From the NCBI GenBank assembly GCA_041659785.1, contig JBAZXO010000002.1, forward strand, positions 55,479 to 119,478: a stretch of 64,000 nucleotides of DNA, written 5' to 3'. The position numbers were made by a program, and so were the translations under genes. Numbering within the stretch: position 1 is the first letter of the stretch; every line of letters begins with the position of its first letter. This stretch comes from Minisyncoccota bacterium (GTDB lineage Bacteria; Patescibacteriota; Minisyncoccia; Phycocordibacterales; UBA9973). Below, one piece after another: positions 19,510 to 28,069 of this stretch. The notes below the pieces were generated by a model. The model was given only the letters and a program-made list of their open reading frames with translations, was not told the origin of the DNA and made no database searches.

Positions 19510-20565
19510 TTAATTTTTTAATTTATTTATAATTTTTTCCGCCATCCTGTCTGCAACTCTGGCAGGAGATATTTTTTCTTTGTCACTCCCTTCCATTATC
19601 TTTTCCAATGTTTTCTTTATTTTTTTAACCTTTCCTTCTATTCTATCTGCATCAAAATTTTTATTTTCATATTCATCTACCACGCTTATCAGGCCTCCAG
19701 CATTTACCACATAGTCTGGACCATAAAATATACCTTTTTCATATATTTTGTCGGCAATATCCTTACTCTCAAGTTGGTTGTTCGCAGAACCCGTTATTAT
19801 TTTACAATTCAATTCCCCAATAGTTTTTTTATTTAGAGCGTATGAAAGTGCACATGGCATATAGACATCAACTTTCTGTTTTTGAATTTTATCCGGAGCT
19901 ACTATCTTTACTTTTGGGAAAAGTTTTTGTATAAATTTTAATCGATCAATATTTGTGTCTGATATATAAATTTTCCCTGCATTTTTATAAACTATTTTTA
20001 AAAATTCATGGCCAACTTTCCCTACTCCCTGTATGGCAAACGTTCTGTCTTTAAAACTTTCATTTCCAAATATTTTTTTGCAAGCTACTTCAATAGAGAA
20101 AAATAATCCGACGGCCGTATATTTTTCTGGATTTGATTTTAATCCGACAAAATACTCACTTTCTCTTTTCATTTTCTTTAAATCAGTCAAATCTAGCCCC
20201 ACATCTGTACCAGTTATAAATTTACCAGAAAGTTCATTTAATTTTTGCGCATACGCTTTTAAGATTTTGTCTTTTGGAAATTCATCATTTCTTATAATTA
20301 CAGCTTTTGCTCCACCGTATTTAAAGCCAGCCATGGCGCTTTTATAAGACATTAATCTAGAAAGTCGAAGTGCGTCCCTGAGGGCATCATCTTCAGTTTT
20401 ATATTCTAAAAAGCGAGTTGCACCGAAAGAGGGGACTCTTTTTTGGTTTTTGTGAAAAGCAATAAAACCCTTTAAACCTGTTGCTTCGTCATCTAAACGA
20501 AAAACTGATTGGTGATTATCAAATTCTGTAAATTTTTCTAATAGTTTATTTTCTATTTGATTCAT
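19510..20565 (-). CDS. Glu/Leu/Phe/Val-type amino acid dehydrogenase
   Basis: N-terminal substrate domain with the AGFKYGGAKAVII catalytic-Lys region. C-terminal Rossmann fold (FAIQGVGKVGHEF). Confidence 0.75.
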   Translation of the reverse strand: MNQIENKLLEKFTEFDNHQSVFRLDDEATGLKGFIAFHKNQKRVPSFGATRFLEYKTEDDALRDALRLSRLMSYKSAMAGFKYGGAKAVIIRNDEFPKDKILKAYAQKLNELSGKFITGTDVGLDLTDLKKMKRESEYFVGLKSNPEKYTAVGLFFSIEVACKKIFGNESFKDRTFAIQGVGKVGHEFLKIVYKNAGKIYISDTNIDRLKFIQKLFPKVKIVAPDKIQKQKVDVYMPCALSYALNKKTIGELNCKIITGSANNQLESKDIADKIYEKGIFYGPDYVVNAGGLISVVDEYENKNFDADRIEGKVKKIKKTLEKIMEGSDKEKISPARVADRMAEKIINKLKN

Positions 20566-21614
20566 AATACGAATATATTTTTTACTATATATTTATTATT
20601 GTCTTCTTTGTTTATAATTTTTTTAAGCATCACTGTCGCGACTACTCCACCTAAAATGGCAGCAGAGCCAAGCTGAGACCATGATACCAATTCTTTTTTT
20701 AATACTTTTTCAACTGATCTTAATGTTCTTGGGTCAATATTTTTAATACCACCGACGATGTCGTTCATTATAACATTTCCCATCATCTCCATGCTTGGAG
20801 GCTGTGAAAGAATATTTTTCCAATATGAGATATCTTTATCAAATATTTTTTTATATCCTAAGTCATATCGTTCTACATGCAGGACCACTCCGTCACCATT
20901 GTCGGTAATCATAATCACTGGTACTTTGTATTTAATTGCGAGCTCTCTGGCCTCTATTTTGAAAGGTAAACTATCTACTTCCTCTATTATTAAATCAATT
21001 TTCTTTGCCTTTAAGAGTTTTTCAATGTTTTCTTTAGAAGCACCATCAGGTAAAGTTGTTACTTTTGCAAAAGGATTATCCTCATAGATTCTTCTTGCTG
21101 CTATGATTGTCTTATTTAATCCAATTTGGTGTGCTCCCGCTATTATTCTATTTAAATTTGTTGTATCAAGATCGTCAAAATCAGCAATGATAATTTCGTT
21201 TGAAATACCAGCTTGAGTGAGAACAAGAGAAATATTGCTTCCTACACTCATGCCGAAAACAGCTACTTTTGTGTTTCGTAGTCTTTCTTGCTCTTCTTTT
21301 GTTATAAGGTCTCTATTTCTGTTAGTCTTTAATTCTAAGTAGTCTTCTTTTTTTACTGTTTTTACAAGAGAAAAATTCCATGGATAAAATACGTATGTGT
21401 ATTTATTTTCCATCTTTTTTGAAAAATTTGTGAATTCTTTAGTTTTATATCCTTCTGTTTTCTTTGGGCCAGCGTATAGAGGATTTTTAATTATGAAAAG
21501 TTCTTTAAGTTGATGAGAAAAAGCATCTACAAAATTGATGTGTTTTTGCTTCATCAATTTTTCAGCTTCTTTTTTATTCAGTATCTTAGGCCTGTATTCG
21601 TTTTTTTGTTCCAT
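20562..21614 (-). CDS. ThiF/MoeB/E1-like adenylyltransferase with an ~110-aa N-terminal extension
   Basis: VAVFGMSVGSNISLVLTQAGISNEIIIADFDDLDTTNLNRI fits the E1 Rossmann and DxD...NLNRQ pattern. 4-nt overlap with the dehydrogenase gene. Confidence 0.6.
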   Translation of the reverse strand: MEQKNEYRPKILNKKEAEKLMKQKHINFVDAFSHQLKELFIIKNPLYAGPKKTEGYKTKEFTNFSKKMENKYTYVFYPWNFSLVKTVKKEDYLELKTNRNRDLITKEEQERLRNTKVAVFGMSVGSNISLVLTQAGISNEIIIADFDDLDTTNLNRIIAGAHQIGLNKTIIAARRIYEDNPFAKVTTLPDGASKENIEKLLKAKKIDLIIEEVDSLPFKIEARELAIKYKVPVIMITDNGDGVVLHVERYDLGYKKIFDKDISYWKNILSQPPSMEMMGNVIMNDIVGGIKNIDPRTLRSVEKVLKKELVSWSQLGSAAILGGVVATVMLKKIINKEDNNKYIVKNIFVL

Positions 21615-21695
21615 TTTTCTTAAATGAATTCCGTTACGTTAGGGTTACTTATTTTAACATAAAAAAACCCAGCAAGAAAGATACGGGTATCAATT

Positions 21696-22253
21696 TTATT
21701 GATTATTCTTTAGCCACACCATACTGTCGTAGCCGATTAGTATTCTATCCTCATCTTTTATCCCCAATTTTTTTAGAAAATCAAATAGTTCTTTTTGTAC
21801 CTTTTCTCCATCTTCTTCTGACATTTTTTCTACTTCTATAAATGAACCTAGATCATCTACTTCATCAAGGCAAATCTCATAATCATTATATTTACCCCGG
21901 CGTCTCTTTTTATGAACTTCTACTGTTTTTTTGAAATCAAGCAGTTCTATTATTTCTTCTAATTTATTTTTATCACTGACATCAACTTCTTTTTCAATGC
22001 AATCAAGTTCGTTGCTACGATTCTTTTTTAATGTAAAAGTAATTCTTCCATTTTGCTCTCGTATTCTTAAAACTGGAGTACCATGATTGTGGTCCTTAGG
22101 ATTTATTCCTTTTTTGTTATATACACAATCATCTTGAGCGACTGGTTGATTTAAAATACAACCAATTTCTTCTAATTTAGAAATTATACTATCAAGATCT
22201 TTTACCTTAGCTTTTACTTCTATTTCGTTTTTCATATCATTAAAGTATAACAA
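21696..22253 (-). CDS. CYTH-domain protein (CyaB/thiamine-triphosphatase-like)
   Basis: N-terminal EIEVKAKV matches the CYTH ExExK signature. 185 aa. Confidence 0.65.
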   Translation of the reverse strand: MLYFNDMKNEIEVKAKVKDLDSIISKLEEIGCILNQPVAQDDCVYNKKGINPKDHNHGTPVLRIREQNGRITFTLKKNRSNELDCIEKEVDVSDKNKLEEIIELLDFKKTVEVHKKRRRGKYNDYEICLDEVDDLGSFIEVEKMSEEDGEKVQKELFDFLKKLGIKDEDRILIGYDSMVWLKNNQ

Positions 22254-22297
22254 AATTTAGTTTAAAATAATTATTATTTTTTTGTATTTATCTTGAG

Positions 22298-22328
22298 GGT
22301 TGACAAGGCACAAAAGGTATTCTAATAT
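22298..22328 (+). promoter_or_regulatory. Strong sigma70-like promoter (TTGACA-17-TAATAT) for the peptide/radical-SAM locus
   Basis: Read directly. Confidence 0.45.
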
Positions 22329-22403
22329 TTTAACAAGCCTTATTCTTTGACATAAAACAAAAAAGTCCTACTTTTTTGTTGCCATTTGGGTCAATAAAGT
22401 TAA

Positions 22404-22428
22404 TTGAAAATCCATAATGGATTTTCAA
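22404..22428. promoter_or_regulatory. Perfect 12-1-12 palindrome ttgaaaatccat-a-atggattttcaa; operator-like site
   Basis: Read directly. It lies between the promoter and the first mini-ORF. Confidence 0.35.
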
Positions 22429-22474
22429 CCCAACTGACAGCAGAAGATTATAGGCAAGAAAGGAGGAAAATATC

Positions 22475-22555
22475 ATGCGATGCAAAACCAAGAAGTCGAC
22501 GAAGAAGCGTATCAGGGTCCGTATTGGCAAAGGCAGTTGCAGCATCTGCGACTAG
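22475..22555 (+). CDS. Mini-ORF A, 26 aa, MRCKTKKSTKKRIRVRIGKGSCSICD. Candidate leader or precursor peptide
   Basis: Perfect AGGAGG sits 8 nt upstream of the ATG. Cys3 and a C-terminal CSIC motif. GC-rich codons. The 88-aa track ORF from 22480 is an alternative reading through the G10 tract. Confidence 0.35.
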   Translation: MRCKTKKSTKKRIRVRIGKGSCSICD

Positions 22556-22567
22556 TCTGTCGAAAAC

Positions 22568-22608
22568 CTGAGGGGGGGGGGATACTGCGTATCCGCCCCC
22601 TCTTTTTA
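22568..22608 (+). terminator. Hairpin holding a G10 homopolymer (gagggggggggggata-ctgcg-tatccgccccctc) followed by TCTTTTT; terminator/attenuator-like
   Basis: Inverted repeat and T-run read directly. Ten consecutive G at 22572..22581. Confidence 0.45.
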
Positions 22609-22620
22609 AAAGAGGACAAT

Positions 22621-22746
22621 ATGAAGATCAAGAGAAATCTTTCAAAAAAAATTTGTAGGTTTTTCTTTAAAATTGGGAAATTCCTAATTTATCTACCTAG
22701 AGGATTTCCAGTAGATTCTTACATTACTGGTATTTTCAACATATAA
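22621..22746 (+). CDS. Mini-ORF B, 42 aa, MKIKRNLSKKICRFFFKIGKFLIYLPRGFPVDSYITGIFNI. Candidate precursor peptide
   Basis: AGAGGA RBS 5 nt before the ATG. It ends 15 nt before the radical-SAM gene. Confidence 0.35.
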   Translation: MKIKRNLSKKICRFFFKIGKFLIYLPRGFPVDSYITGIFNI

Positions 22747-22761
22747 GGAAAGGACATCGCC

Positions 22762-23841
22762 ATGGAATGTAATTCTGAAATTCCTCGCCTAGAAGTTGAA
22801 ACTGAAGATGCAATTTACGAGATTGAATTCGGACAAGTTCAGATCGAGATTACTGGTCGATGCAACATGAGCTGTTTGCACTGCAGAGCTGCCAATCAAC
22901 TTAAGCAAGATATGCCAGTCGAACAAATTGCTAAAATCATTAAATTCGCTCGGCAGTTTAGTCCAAACTACAAAGAAATTATACTTTCTGGTGGTGAACC
23001 GCTTATGCACCATGATTTTGCTAAGGTGTTGAGACGGGTTCATGATAGCGGTGGTGAATTCATCACTTTAACGACTAACGGTTCACTGCTCACCGATGAA
23101 CACCTTTCACTTATTAGCAAACTTTCTTTTCAGCGTTTTGTTCTTTCTGTGAGTCTAGACAATCTCAACCCCACGAAGCACGACAAGTTTCGTGTTTACA
23201 ACGGAGCATTTACCAAGGCTATTTCTGCTTTACGTCGGGTGGCGGAAAGTAATTTACCAAACGTTATTGCTTCAATGCGATCCACTATTCAGGCTTCCCA
23301 GATTAATGAAATGGAAAGCATGGTGGATTTTGCAAAAAATCTTGGGTGCAAGCGAGTTAGCTTCTCAGCAATACATCCAGCTGGAAGAGCTATCGAGCGT
23401 AACGACCTTTGGATGACCCGTGAACAAAAACGGGAATTTGTAAAAGAGGTTTATCGGCTCAAGGAATTGTTTCCTGATCTTAACGTTACAACGAACGATC
23501 CGCTTAAGTGTTTACTTCGTCAGAAGAATGATTTAGGAAAAGAAGGGGAATTAGTTTTTGATGGTTGTGGCGCTGCTGCTATTACCTTCAACGTTAATTC
23601 CAACGGCACAATGACTCCGTGCGCCTTGCTCGATATTCCGATGATGAATGTTTTCCCTCTTTCTATCGAAGAGATGAACGAGCATTATCAACAAAGTCCA
23701 ATTGTCAGAAGCATGTTGGATATGAACCTTAAGGGTAAATGTGGTGCATGCCACATGAAATATCAATGTGGGGGATGTCGTGCTCGTGCTTTAATCCAGA
23801 ATGGGGATTTTTTAGGGGAGGATCCTCATTGCTGGCTATAA
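22762..23841 (+). CDS. Radical SAM enzyme with a C-terminal SPASM/twitch domain (peptide-modifying-maturase type)
   Basis: CNMSCLHC is a CX3CX2C cluster. GGEPLM. C-terminal Cys cluster CGAAAITF...PCALL...CGACHMKYQCGGCRARA. The gene is GC-richer than its flanks. Confidence 0.85.
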   Translation: MECNSEIPRLEVETEDAIYEIEFGQVQIEITGRCNMSCLHCRAANQLKQDMPVEQIAKIIKFARQFSPNYKEIILSGGEPLMHHDFAKVLRRVHDSGGEFITLTTNGSLLTDEHLSLISKLSFQRFVLSVSLDNLNPTKHDKFRVYNGAFTKAISALRRVAESNLPNVIASMRSTIQASQINEMESMVDFAKNLGCKRVSFSAIHPAGRAIERNDLWMTREQKREFVKEVYRLKELFPDLNVTTNDPLKCLLRQKNDLGKEGELVFDGCGAAAITFNVNSNGTMTPCALLDIPMMNVFPLSIEEMNEHYQQSPIVRSMLDMNLKGKCGACHMKYQCGGCRARALIQNGDFLGEDPHCWL

Positions 23842-23864
23842 TGACCTACACCTCGAAACAATCA

Positions 23865-23908
23865 AACCGCTTTTCAACGAGAACCGTTAGGAGGGCGGTT
23901 TTCTTTTT
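23865..23908 (+). terminator. Hairpin (aaaccgc...gcggttt) plus T-run after the radical-SAM gene
   Basis: Read directly. Confidence 0.4.
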
Positions 23909-23920
23909 ATATAACCTTTT

Positions 23921-24403
23921 TTGTTATACAATAAAATCATGAATACTTATTTGAAAAAATTTATAGATGGAAAATTTAAAAAACCAGGCAAAGCCCTAGA
24001 CTTAGGAGCTGGTGATTTTTTTGATGTTGCTTGTTTAAAACAATTAGGGTGGAAAAGTGAAGGCGTTGATATAAAAATGGGTATTAATTTGGAAAAAACT
24101 TACGAATCAAAAAATAAACCTTTTGACTTGGTTTATTCAAATTATGTACTACATAAGCTAAAAAATAAAAAACAATTCATTCAAACAATTTTTAATAATT
24201 TAAAAAATGAAGGATGGTTTTTTATTCATACCTTTGATCAATCTGATAAAAATAGTAAATCTAATTTATCACGAATTTATTTAAAAAAACTATTATCCGA
24301 ACAAGGATTAAAAAATATTAAAATAAAATTATTTAGTTTTTATGATAATGATGAGGGGCACAAACATTGGCATAAAATTTTAGAAGCAACGGGGCAAAAA
24401 TAG
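23921..24403 (+). CDS. Class I SAM-dependent methyltransferase (small, very AT-rich)
   Basis: Motif I ALDLGAGDFFDVACL. 160 aa. Confidence 0.6.
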   Translation: MLYNKIMNTYLKKFIDGKFKKPGKALDLGAGDFFDVACLKQLGWKSEGVDIKMGINLEKTYESKNKPFDLVYSNYVLHKLKNKKQFIQTIFNNLKNEGWFFIHTFDQSDKNSKSNLSRIYLKKLLSEQGLKNIKIKLFSFYDNDEGHKHWHKILEATGQK

Positions 24404-24414
24404 ACAGCCATTTT

Positions 24415-25491
24415 TTATTTTATCTTCTCAATTTTTTCCCAAGGGAGATTTGGTTTTCCGAAGTGGCCATAGGTGGATGTTTGGCTGTATATTGGGTTGC
24501 GAAGGCCGAGAGTTTCGATGATTGCAAGTGGTTTGAAATCGAAATTTTTGCGAACGATTTCTGCCAAGTTTTCTCCTTTTTCATTAATTGCTTCTATCAT
24601 TAATGGTTCAGCCATACCTATGGCATAAGCTACAGATACGAGCACCTCTTTACCATAACCACCCGCAACGAGGCTTTTCGCAACAAAGCGAGCCATATAG
24701 GCGCCTGAACGGTCTACCTTTGTGGCATCTTTTCCTGAGAAACATCCACCACCGTGGGGGATGAGTCCTCCATAAGTATCTACCATTATTTTTCTTCCCG
24801 TTAATCCTGTATCTGCCTCGAAACCACCTTGGATAAATTTTCCCGTAGGGTTTACCAATATCTTCACCACACTTTTTTCCTCAGAAGAAAGAAGAGGATT
24901 TATTATTTTTTCAGTAATTTCTTTTTTAATTTCTTCTAACGTCACTTCTGGTGTGTGTTGCGTACTTACAAGTACGGTATTCAGTTCGCCGTTCGTATAA
25001 GTGACTTGTGTTTTGCCATCTGGGCGCAACCATTCTATTCTTTTAGTCTCATCTGCACTGTTCCTCAATTCTTCTAAACGTTTTGCAAGTTTGTGTGCGA
25101 GCACTACACCCTTAGGTAAAAATTCTGGAGTTTCATCTGTAGCAAAGCCGTACATTATTCCTTGGTCTCCAGCTCCGCCTGTATCTACGCCTTGAGCGAT
25201 GTCAGGGGATTGGGTGACGATATGTGCAGAGATCTCGAGTTCGTCTGTGTAGCCAATTTTTCTATAAACATCACGAGCAATTTTTATATAATCTACTTTT
25301 CCCGTCGAGGTGACTTCTCCACCAATCACAAGCTTGCCATGGCCACCAAAGGTTTCCACAGCCACACGACTCTTTGGGTCTAAAGTTAAATATGCATCTA
25401 AAATAGCATCTGATATTTGGTCACAGATTTTGTCCGGATGGCCTCCCGTGACGCTCTCGACTGTGTAGTTGTCATTGTGTTTGTAAAACAT
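24415..25491 (-). CDS. metK: S-adenosylmethionine synthetase
   Basis: GGHPDKICDQISDAILDAYL and GGAGDQGIMYGFA signatures. Confidence 0.9.
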   Translation of the reverse strand: MFYKHNDNYTVESVTGGHPDKICDQISDAILDAYLTLDPKSRVAVETFGGHGKLVIGGEVTSTGKVDYIKIARDVYRKIGYTDELEISAHIVTQSPDIAQGVDTGGAGDQGIMYGFATDETPEFLPKGVVLAHKLAKRLEELRNSADETKRIEWLRPDGKTQVTYTNGELNTVLVSTQHTPEVTLEEIKKEITEKIINPLLSSEEKSVVKILVNPTGKFIQGGFEADTGLTGRKIMVDTYGGLIPHGGGCFSGKDATKVDRSGAYMARFVAKSLVAGGYGKEVLVSVAYAIGMAEPLMIEAINEKGENLAEIVRKNFDFKPLAIIETLGLRNPIYSQTSTYGHFGKPNLPWEKIEKIK

Positions 25492-25548
25492 TAACTGACT
25501 ATATCACTATAGTGGATAAAAATAAAACTGATATAATGTAGTTTACAT

Positions 25549-26109
25549 ATGAACATTGAAGTTGAGATAAAAGTAAAAATAGATAATTTTGAAGAAATAA
25601 AGGAAAAGGTTTCCAAACTCGGGAGGCTTGTAAAAGCAGTAAAACAGATAGACGAATATTATGTACCAATACATAGGGATTTCTTTGATCACAAGCCACG
25701 GCCTGTAGAACATTTAAGAATAAGGACCAATCCTGATAAAACTGTTTTTGAATATACTAGAACGATAGGATTGCAAGCAGGTGGAGATTATGATTACGCA
25801 GAAGAGTATGAGACAGGTATTTCTAACGTGGAAGAATTCAAGAAGACTTTGGAATTTTTGGATTTTAAAAAAGTTGTGATTGTGGAAAAAGAAAGAGAGT
25901 ACTGGATGTGCGGAGGGATAGAAGTCGCACTCGATAAAGTGAAGGACTTAGGAACATTTATGGAAGCAGAAGCAAAAGGAGATTTTAAGGATGAAAAAGA
26001 AGCCAAGCAGGCCTGCATAGATTTTTTAGAAAATCTTGGAATTAAAGATGTTGAAAATACGCAAATAAGGCACGGTTATCCGCAATTCTTTTTAGAAAAG
26101 AAAAGTTAA
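25549..26109 (+). CDS. CYTH-domain protein, a paralog of the one at 21696..22253
   Basis: MNIEVEIKVKIDN ExExK motif. C-terminal acidic motifs. Confidence 0.65.
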   Translation: MNIEVEIKVKIDNFEEIKEKVSKLGRLVKAVKQIDEYYVPIHRDFFDHKPRPVEHLRIRTNPDKTVFEYTRTIGLQAGGDYDYAEEYETGISNVEEFKKTLEFLDFKKVVIVEKEREYWMCGGIEVALDKVKDLGTFMEAEAKGDFKDEKEAKQACIDFLENLGIKDVENTQIRHGYPQFFLEKKS

Positions 26110-26208
26110 TTTTTTGTTCCAAGTGTCGGACACCTGGGAATTATTGATCCATAAAAACATAAATTGATGAGTTTTTAGAGTCTTTGTAAATAAGTTATAC
26201 TGTTTTAT

Positions 26209-26706
26209 ATGAATATTATAGAAAAATACAAAGGAAAAAGCGGAGTTGATTATATTTTTGAATATTCAGATGCGGATTCTTTTGATGATTTAAATAAAAC
26301 AAAATGTACACAAGTATATGCGGTGTGCTTTTGTAATGGGAAAATGGTGATAGTTTTAAATGTACATAGTAAAACGTGGGGACTTGTTGGAGGAACTATT
26401 GAAAAAGGAGAAAGTTTTGAGGAAACCCTAAAGAGAGAAATACAAGAAGAATCAAACATGGAAGTTGTTTCATTTTTACCAGTTGGATACCAAAAAGTCA
26501 TAGATACTCGAAATAGTGATGTTGTATATCAGCTTCGTTATCTTTGCACCGCAAAACCATACGGTGAATTTATTTCAGATCCAGCAGGGCATGTTACAGA
26601 AATTAAGTTGATTGACCCCAAAGATTACAAACAATATTTTGATTGGGGAGAAATAGGTGAACGTATTATAAGAAGAGCAGAAGAATTATTGGTTAAATCA
26701 GTATAA
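26209..26706 (+). CDS. Nudix hydrolase
   Basis: Nudix box GGTIEKGESFEETLKREIQEESNME. Confidence 0.8.
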   Translation: MNIIEKYKGKSGVDYIFEYSDADSFDDLNKTKCTQVYAVCFCNGKMVIVLNVHSKTWGLVGGTIEKGESFEETLKREIQEESNMEVVSFLPVGYQKVIDTRNSDVVYQLRYLCTAKPYGEFISDPAGHVTEIKLIDPKDYKQYFDWGEIGERIIRRAEELLVKSV

Positions 26707-26712
26707 TATTTT

Positions 26713-27129
26713 ATGAAAAAATTTTACTCGGTTATTGTAAATAGTGTAATTGTAAACGATGAAGGCAAGGTATTAATTGCTCAAAGAAGTCCAGATGAAG
26801 GTCATGAAGGGGGGAAATGGAGCATTCCTGGTGGAAAGATAGAATCTGTGGGCGAAGAGCATGATGTTTTAATAAAAAATATTAAAAAAGAAATTCTTGA
26901 AGAAGTGGGGGTTGAAATATTTGATGATATCGTTTTAGTCCATGATAATACTTTTACTAGAAGTAACGGTGATGATGTTTTGGCTTTGATATTCGTGTGT
27001 AGGTATAAATCAGGAGAAGCGAAGCCATTAGAAGATACAATCGACGTAAAATGGATAAGAAAAGGTGAAGTTGATAATTATGAATTTCCTCCTAACGTGA
27101 AAGAATACGTGTTAAAAGGTTTTAAATAA
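26713..27129 (+). CDS. Nudix hydrolase
   Basis: Nudix box GGKIESVGEEHDVLIKNIKKEILEEVGVE. Confidence 0.8.
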   Translation: MKKFYSVIVNSVIVNDEGKVLIAQRSPDEGHEGGKWSIPGGKIESVGEEHDVLIKNIKKEILEEVGVEIFDDIVLVHDNTFTRSNGDDVLALIFVCRYKSGEAKPLEDTIDVKWIRKGEVDNYEFPPNVKEYVLKGFK

Positions 27130-27136
27130 TTTACCT

Positions 27137-27580
27137 TTAGTTTATTTTTTGTAAATAATTCACGATTGTTGTTCGTCCTTTTGGATTAAAGCCATCATTA
27201 TATTCTCCGTCTGAGATGTAATCATTTTTTGATACCCAGCGCCATTCTGAAAATTTTTCTGGCTCCATGAGTTTAGCATCTTCTTTTGTTGTACAAAAAA
27301 ATATGAAGATGGTGTCATTTTCTGTTACTGCTGGAACTTCTCCAATATAATCAATTATTTCGAATTCAGTAATGCCGACTTCTTCTTGCACCTCTCTTTT
27401 TAAGGTATCCTTTAGGGTTTCTCCGTCTTCACATCTACCACCTGGAATAGTCCAGACAGAAATATCTTTCCATTTATCTTTTGTGTAATTACGATAGCCA
27501 GTTAGTATTTTTTCATCCCGCATTATCACCGCTAAAGCAACTTTATTTTTATTTCCTATTTCTTTTAATTTTGTTTCCAT
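27137..27580 (-). CDS. Nudix hydrolase
   Basis: Nudix box GGRCEDGETLKDTLKREVQEEVGI. Confidence 0.8.
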   Translation of the reverse strand: METKLKEIGNKNKVALAVIMRDEKILTGYRNYTKDKWKDISVWTIPGGRCEDGETLKDTLKREVQEEVGITEFEIIDYIGEVPAVTENDTIFIFFCTTKEDAKLMEPEKFSEWRWVSKNDYISDGEYNDGFNPKGRTTIVNYLQKIN

Positions 27581-27584
27581 AATT

Positions 27585-28022
27585 TTATTTCAAAAAAATC
27601 CACCTTTTCATTAATTTATTTGCCTCTTTGGTGAATTCTTCTGGGTCTAGGTTATATTTTTTAGCGATAAATTTTAATTTTTCTATCTTTTTAGGATTAC
27701 GGACTTCCTTTAGTTTTGCATTTTTGTCTATTTTCTTTCCTAGGGTTCTATAAAATCCATAACGCAAAGAATATTTGGGGAACATATACAAAAGTCCAAT
27801 ATAAAAATCAATTTTTTTGAGTGGATATTTTATATCAGTGTGTCCAGACCAATGTGCTCGGGTGTAAGTATATGTAACGTCCGACAATTCACTCCATTTA
27901 TTTATTAATCCCTTAGCTTCTTCTAACTCCCTCAGCTCTTCTAAAACATCAGCTAGGTGCCAATAGTAATCCTTTTTCGGCATATCTAATATTGAGTGCC
28001 AATAGTTAATTATTTTTTTCAT
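27585..28022 (-). CDS. Hypothetical protein
   Basis: 145-aa ORF 5 nt downstream of the Nudix gene on the same strand. No motif recognised. Confidence 0.45.
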   Translation of the reverse strand: MKKIINYWHSILDMPKKDYYWHLADVLEELRELEEAKGLINKWSELSDVTYTYTRAHWSGHTDIKYPLKKIDFYIGLLYMFPKYSLRYGFYRTLGKKIDKNAKLKEVRNPKKIEKLKFIAKKYNLDPEEFTKEANKLMKRWIFLK

Positions 28023-28069
28023 AATATAGATATTGGTATTTTATCATAAAAATCAATAAAACTGATATA

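Noticed and set aside
22480-22746. 88-aa track ORF spanning both mini-ORFs
   Set aside because: It exists only because the G10 tract keeps the frame open through a terminator-like hairpin. Its ATG has poorer RBS spacing than the ATG at 22475. It is kept as an alternative in the findings.
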